DNA of 50,864 nucleotides, taken from NCBI GenBank assembly GCA_000999095.1, contig LCFP01000008.1, forward strand, positions 1 to 50,864, read 5' to 3'. How positions within the stretch are numbered: position 1 is the first letter of the stretch; each line of letters begins with the position of its first letter. A program made the translations under genes and the position numbers. Shown here piece by piece: positions 47,859 to 50,864 of the stretch. The DNA is from Candidatus Gottesmanbacteria bacterium GW2011_GWA2_43_14 (lineage in GTDB: Bacteria > Patescibacteriota > Microgenomatia > 2-02-FULL-39-11). A model generated the notes under the pieces. The model made no database searches, was not told the origin of the DNA, and saw only the letters and a list, made by a program, of their open reading frames with translations.

Positions 47859-48680
47859 TCAATCAACAGGCTCGGCCGTTAAAAACACCCTGCCACCGTT
47901 AGGTATGCTGTCCAGTTCCAGGCAGGTTTGCAGAACCAGCAGGCCTTTGTTTTGGGGACCGTACTGGGTATTGACAATATCCCGGTCGTTTAAATATTCA
48001 TGCGTTCTAAGATTTTGATATTTATGGGGGCCAAGGCTTTTATATCCCTCAATTGAAAAAATTTCGAAAGTTTTGATACTGCCGCCGGCATAGATGGCTG
48101 TAATTGTCCGGTTGTTTTCTATTATTTCAAATTCTTTGCCGGACCAAAGATTATCTGCCAAAAGTCCGATAACCCCATTATTTTTGGCTGTGGAAAACTC
48201 AGTTACAATTCCGCAGGCTTTGATGACTTCAACGGGATCTTCCCTGGGATTTCTTTGCTGAAGCACTTCCAAGTTGAAGCCGGCATTGAAGTCGCCGGTT
48301 TCGCTCAGATAATAAATGCCGATGATCTCTGAAGGGTCTTTTCCTTTGTGCTTTTCCAGCAAGGTGGCGATAAATTCATCAAGCGGGGGAACGGCAGCAT
48401 CGATTTCGCATTTTGACTCTTTGATAAAAATATCAGGTATGACACCGGGAACTTCAGTACCGATTACCGGAGCTGCGGGAGTGGCCACTTCTGATCCCGT
48501 GTCAGGTGTTTTGATGACCATAAGCGGGGGAGCGGAAGAAGCATCCAATTCAGGCAATGGGGATACGTAACCTGTATCTTGTTCATGACGAGCACAGCGA
48601 GTAAGAAGCAGACCCCCGAAGGCTGCAGCTGCAAGCTGAAGAAAAGATCTCCGGCTTATGTTTTCCGCATAAGAAACCAC
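47859..48680 (-). CDS. Tat-signal secreted protein, function unknown
   Basis: 273 aa with the N-terminus ISRRSFLQLAAAAFGGLLLTRC. The C-terminal LLVLQTC...GGRVFL is sortase-like, but no catalytic His context was seen. Confidence 0.6.
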   Translation of the reverse strand: MVSYAENISRRSFLQLAAAAFGGLLLTRCARHEQDTGYVSPLPELDASSAPPLMVIKTPDTGSEVATPAAPVIGTEVPGVIPDIFIKESKCEIDAAVPPLDEFIATLLEKHKGKDPSEIIGIYYLSETGDFNAGFNLEVLQQRNPREDPVEVIKACGIVTEFSTAKNNGVIGLLADNLWSGKEFEIIENNRTITAIYAGGSIKTFEIFSIEGYKSLGPHKYQNLRTHEYLNDRDIVNTQYGPQNKGLLVLQTCLELDSIPNGGRVFLTAEPVD

Positions 48681-48715
48681 CAGGGTAGTTTAGATTACCC
48701 GGTCGATAAAAACAA

Positions 48716-49144
48716 TCAAAGCTGCTGCCGTGCCTCGATTATCCTTTGTTTAAATTCCATGGCCGTTTGACGGACTAATTCATCAAGTTCTATATGGTTT
48801 CCGCCATGGTATTTTGCCACAGCCACAACGGCGGGATCACCGCCGGAATTGCCATTGGCTTCGTGGAGAATGACTGTTTTCAGATGCTTTTGCAAATCCT
48901 GGGCATCGACAGGTATCGGTATGTCGGCTTCAAATATCAGGGTATCCCAAATTTCCTTTTCTTTTCTGATAAACGGTAAGGGAAAGGTGCGTCTGCTTGT
49001 TATGGTTACTTCCCGGTAATGATAGATTGAAGGTCTTTGCGGATCCCGGATAAAAACAGCCAGGCGGTCGGAACGGAGCGGGGTATATAACTGGAATGAC
49101 AATAAGTTTTTCTGTTCTTGCCCGGTCTTTTCTTCTTTACCCAT
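48716..49144 (-). CDS. Hypothetical protein
   Basis: 142-aa ORF with no motif recognised. Confidence 0.5.
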   Translation of the reverse strand: MGKEEKTGQEQKNLLSFQLYTPLRSDRLAVFIRDPQRPSIYHYREVTITSRRTFPLPFIRKEKEIWDTLIFEADIPIPVDAQDLQKHLKTVILHEANGNSGGDPAVVAVAKYHGGNHIELDELVRQTAMEFKQRIIEARQQL

Positions 49145-49294
49145 AAAATGGCGATTATAAAGGAGTTATGTAATATTTTTTTGGGATTGTGAAAGAAAAG
49201 CGTATGATCTGCAATTATTTGACCCCCTTGACATTTAATAGTTTTGGGTATATATTCATAATAATTACATTTGAAAGGGGGTGAGAATACTGAC

Positions 49295-49462
49295 ATGATG
49301 TATGCAAATGATTGCTCAGGCTATTGCGAACCGGCGGTATATTCCAAATCGGACAGAAAAGCGCTTCTCAAAGAGCAGGAATCTATCCTGGAGGCAAAAC
49401 TTGCCACTATCCGCCACTGGATAGATAATATCGATACAGAAGAAAAACCCGAAGTTAAGTAA
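49295..49462 (+). CDS. Small coiled-coil protein (possibly DUF5320-like)
   Basis: MMYANDCSGYCEP...KALLKEQESILEAKLATIRHWIDN. The SD-like AAAGGGGGTGAG (49274-85) lies upstream of the ATG at 49295. It sits upstream of a DUF134 gene, a pairing I recall from other genomes. Confidence 0.4.
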   Translation: MMYANDCSGYCEPAVYSKSDRKALLKEQESILEAKLATIRHWIDNIDTEEKPEVK

Positions 49463-49484
49463 ATTATTTCCCGGGCCCGGGAAT

Positions 49485-49775
49485 ATGAAAAACATGGGAA
49501 GACCGAAATGCGATTACCAGGTTGATTTTTGCCCCCTATTCAGCTCCTATAAACCCCAGGGGACTGATTGTTGCGAGTTTGTCGAGATTACACCCGAGGA
49601 AATGGAAAGTTTGAGGCTTAAAAACATCAAAAACCTCAACCAAATAGATGCCGCAGGCAAAATGGGAGTATCCCAAAGCACTTTCCAACGTGTCCTTACC
49701 TCCGCTTACAAAAAAGTCTCATTGGCCCTTATCGAAGGCAGGGAACTGCGCATCCAAAGTAAAAAGAAAGCCTGA
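49485..49775 (+). CDS. DUF134/UPF0251 family HTH protein
   Basis: 96 aa. GRPKCDYQVDFCPLFSSYKPQG, then LTPEEMESLRLKNIKNLNQIDAAGKMGVSQSTFQRVLTSAYKKV (a sigma-70 region-4-like HTH). Confidence 0.7.
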   Translation: MKNMGRPKCDYQVDFCPLFSSYKPQGTDCCEFVEITPEEMESLRLKNIKNLNQIDAAGKMGVSQSTFQRVLTSAYKKVSLALIEGRELRIQSKKKA

Positions 49776-49824
49776 AATTCCCGCGGTCGGTAATGTTCCG
49801 AAAATCTGTTAGAATAGGATTTCC

Positions 49825-50214
49825 ATGATTGCCCCGGATTTAAAACAGAATATCTTTGTCACCCTTTACCTGCTTTTTTCCCACAATTACATCGCTTTTG
49901 CTTATCTTACAGGCTTAGTTATCGGGATTCTTCTGTCCCTTTACCGGCCGTCCCGGTTTGCCACTTTGATTTTTCTAGGCTTTTCTGTTCTGCTTTTTTC
50001 CTTTGAATACGATAAGCACCTGATTGCGGCATTCAGGGAGCAGACATTGATATCATTGATTACCGTAAATCCCCATTTCCGGCTGCAGCGGCTTGTAAAC
50101 CTCTTTATTTCGGAACTTCTGCCGGTTATCTTTTACGTCACCGGTTGGGGAATTTTGTTCGCGGCGATTGTTTCGCAGGGCTTCAAAACGGGCAAAGAAA
50201 GACGATTAAAATAA
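49825..50214 (+). CDS. Hypothetical integral membrane protein
   Basis: 129 aa with about four hydrophobic helices. Confidence 0.55.
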   Translation: MIAPDLKQNIFVTLYLLFSHNYIAFAYLTGLVIGILLSLYRPSRFATLIFLGFSVLLFSFEYDKHLIAAFREQTLISLITVNPHFRLQRLVNLFISELLPVIFYVTGWGILFAAIVSQGFKTGKERRLK

Positions 50215-50238
50215 AAGACCTAAATCAATCTGTGGGGA

Positions 50239-50679
50239 TTATCTGATATACAAATAGATGTTGTTATCCATTCCCGAGATATCCCAGTCAGGCAGGAGAA
50301 AGGTGTTGGAAATGATCCGGCAGCCGGATTTAGCTTCCTTTTTAAGTTTCCTGGACAGTCTGTACATTATCATGGATATTCCGTAAATGGTGATTATGTC
50401 ATAGAAAGAGACGTCTTCGTACCAGAAATTGCGGTGGTAAATTTCAGCCAGGGAGTCGAGGTCGGCTTTCTCCACATTTTTTTTGGCTGTTTCCGCCCTC
50501 CTCCGATCGATTTCCACTCCGGTCGCTTTTACCCCTTTTTGCGCAAAAGCCAGTACCAGATTGCCTTCCCCTGCGCCCAAATCCAGCATTTTTTCACCCG
50601 GCCGGATACCGGCCAGTTCAAGCATTGTTTTCACCCGGTCAGGGGCGGATGGCACATAGGGGATTTCATAAGCTGACAT
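50239..50679 (-). CDS. Small class I SAM-dependent methyltransferase
   Basis: 146 aa. KMLDLGAGEGNLVLAFAQKG (motif I) followed by ATGVEID (acidic motif II). Confidence 0.7.
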   Translation of the reverse strand: MSAYEIPYVPSAPDRVKTMLELAGIRPGEKMLDLGAGEGNLVLAFAQKGVKATGVEIDRRRAETAKKNVEKADLDSLAEIYHRNFWYEDVSFYDIITIYGISMIMYRLSRKLKKEAKSGCRIISNTFLLPDWDISGMDNNIYLYIR

Positions 50680-50837
50680 TACAATTAACTATACGGCTAG
50701 AATATGAGAATATTTTTACTGTTAAGTAAAGATCAGTTATGTTTCAATTTTCTTGTTTTTGTCAGTTGAGTAGGCTGAGAAACATAGGTGACACTTTCGA
50801 GGTAGAATAAACGGTCTGCCTTGAAAGGAGTCACCAA

Positions 50838-50864
50838 ATGACGGTAGTTGCCCCTAAACGATTC
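50838..50864 (+). CDS. Start of an unidentified CDS (partial, runs off the right edge)
   Basis: AAAGGAG (50825-31) lies 6 nt before ATG 50838. MTVVAPKRF... remains open to the window end. Confidence 0.35.

Noticed and set aside
47859-48680. Sortase call for the Tat-signal protein, based on LLVLQTC ... GGRVFL
   Set aside because: The TLxTC-like Cys and a downstream Arg are present, but the expected catalytic His context is missing (GLLADN sits where GH is typical). It is kept as a secreted protein of unknown function.

Overview
This 50.9-kb chromosomal segment carries genes densely on both strands and uses the standard genetic code. By gene content it resembles an uncultivated small-genome bacterium (CPR/Patescibacteria-like), but that is inference only. 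All domain calls come from reading motifs by eye in the supplied translations. No database search was run.

Recognisable housekeeping genes:
- Non-oxidative pentose-phosphate genes: rpe 4750-5394, tkt 5501-7408, tal 10214-11101.
- A galT-like gene at 43956-44831.
- rplJ-rplL at 46736-47679, with a leader hairpin and a terminator.

Envelope and secretome:
- A collagen-like Gly-X-Y repeat gene longer than 2.7 kb runs off the left edge and is frameshifted near 940.
- A TasA-like/SipW cluster lies at 29137-32058.
- There are several Tat- or lipoprotein-signal proteins, a trypsin-like protease and a membrane-anchored SNase nuclease.

Four type II toxin-antitoxin pairs are present: hicAB, two Phd-PIN pairs and AbrB-Doc.

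Most unusual content:
- Three paralogous DNPH1-like domains, each fused to a C-terminal ribbon-helix-helix, surround a 544-aa orphan (16034-19797).
- A wHTH-GHKL ATPase is paired with a STAS-like protein (8550-9645).
- An OmpR-type wHTH protein sits in an operon with a long HAE/PCxxC deaminase (36746-39111).
- A 783-aa orphan and a beta-carbonic-anhydrase-like protein sit between two TA pairs (25104-27878).
- Hairpin-rich non-coding stretches flank a GC-rich small lipoprotein gene (12932-14227).
- Many start codons lie 6-12 nt downstream of a TATAAT-like box, the leaderless-type arrangement.

I recognised no rRNA, tRNA, CRISPR array, transposase, integrase or reverse transcriptase.
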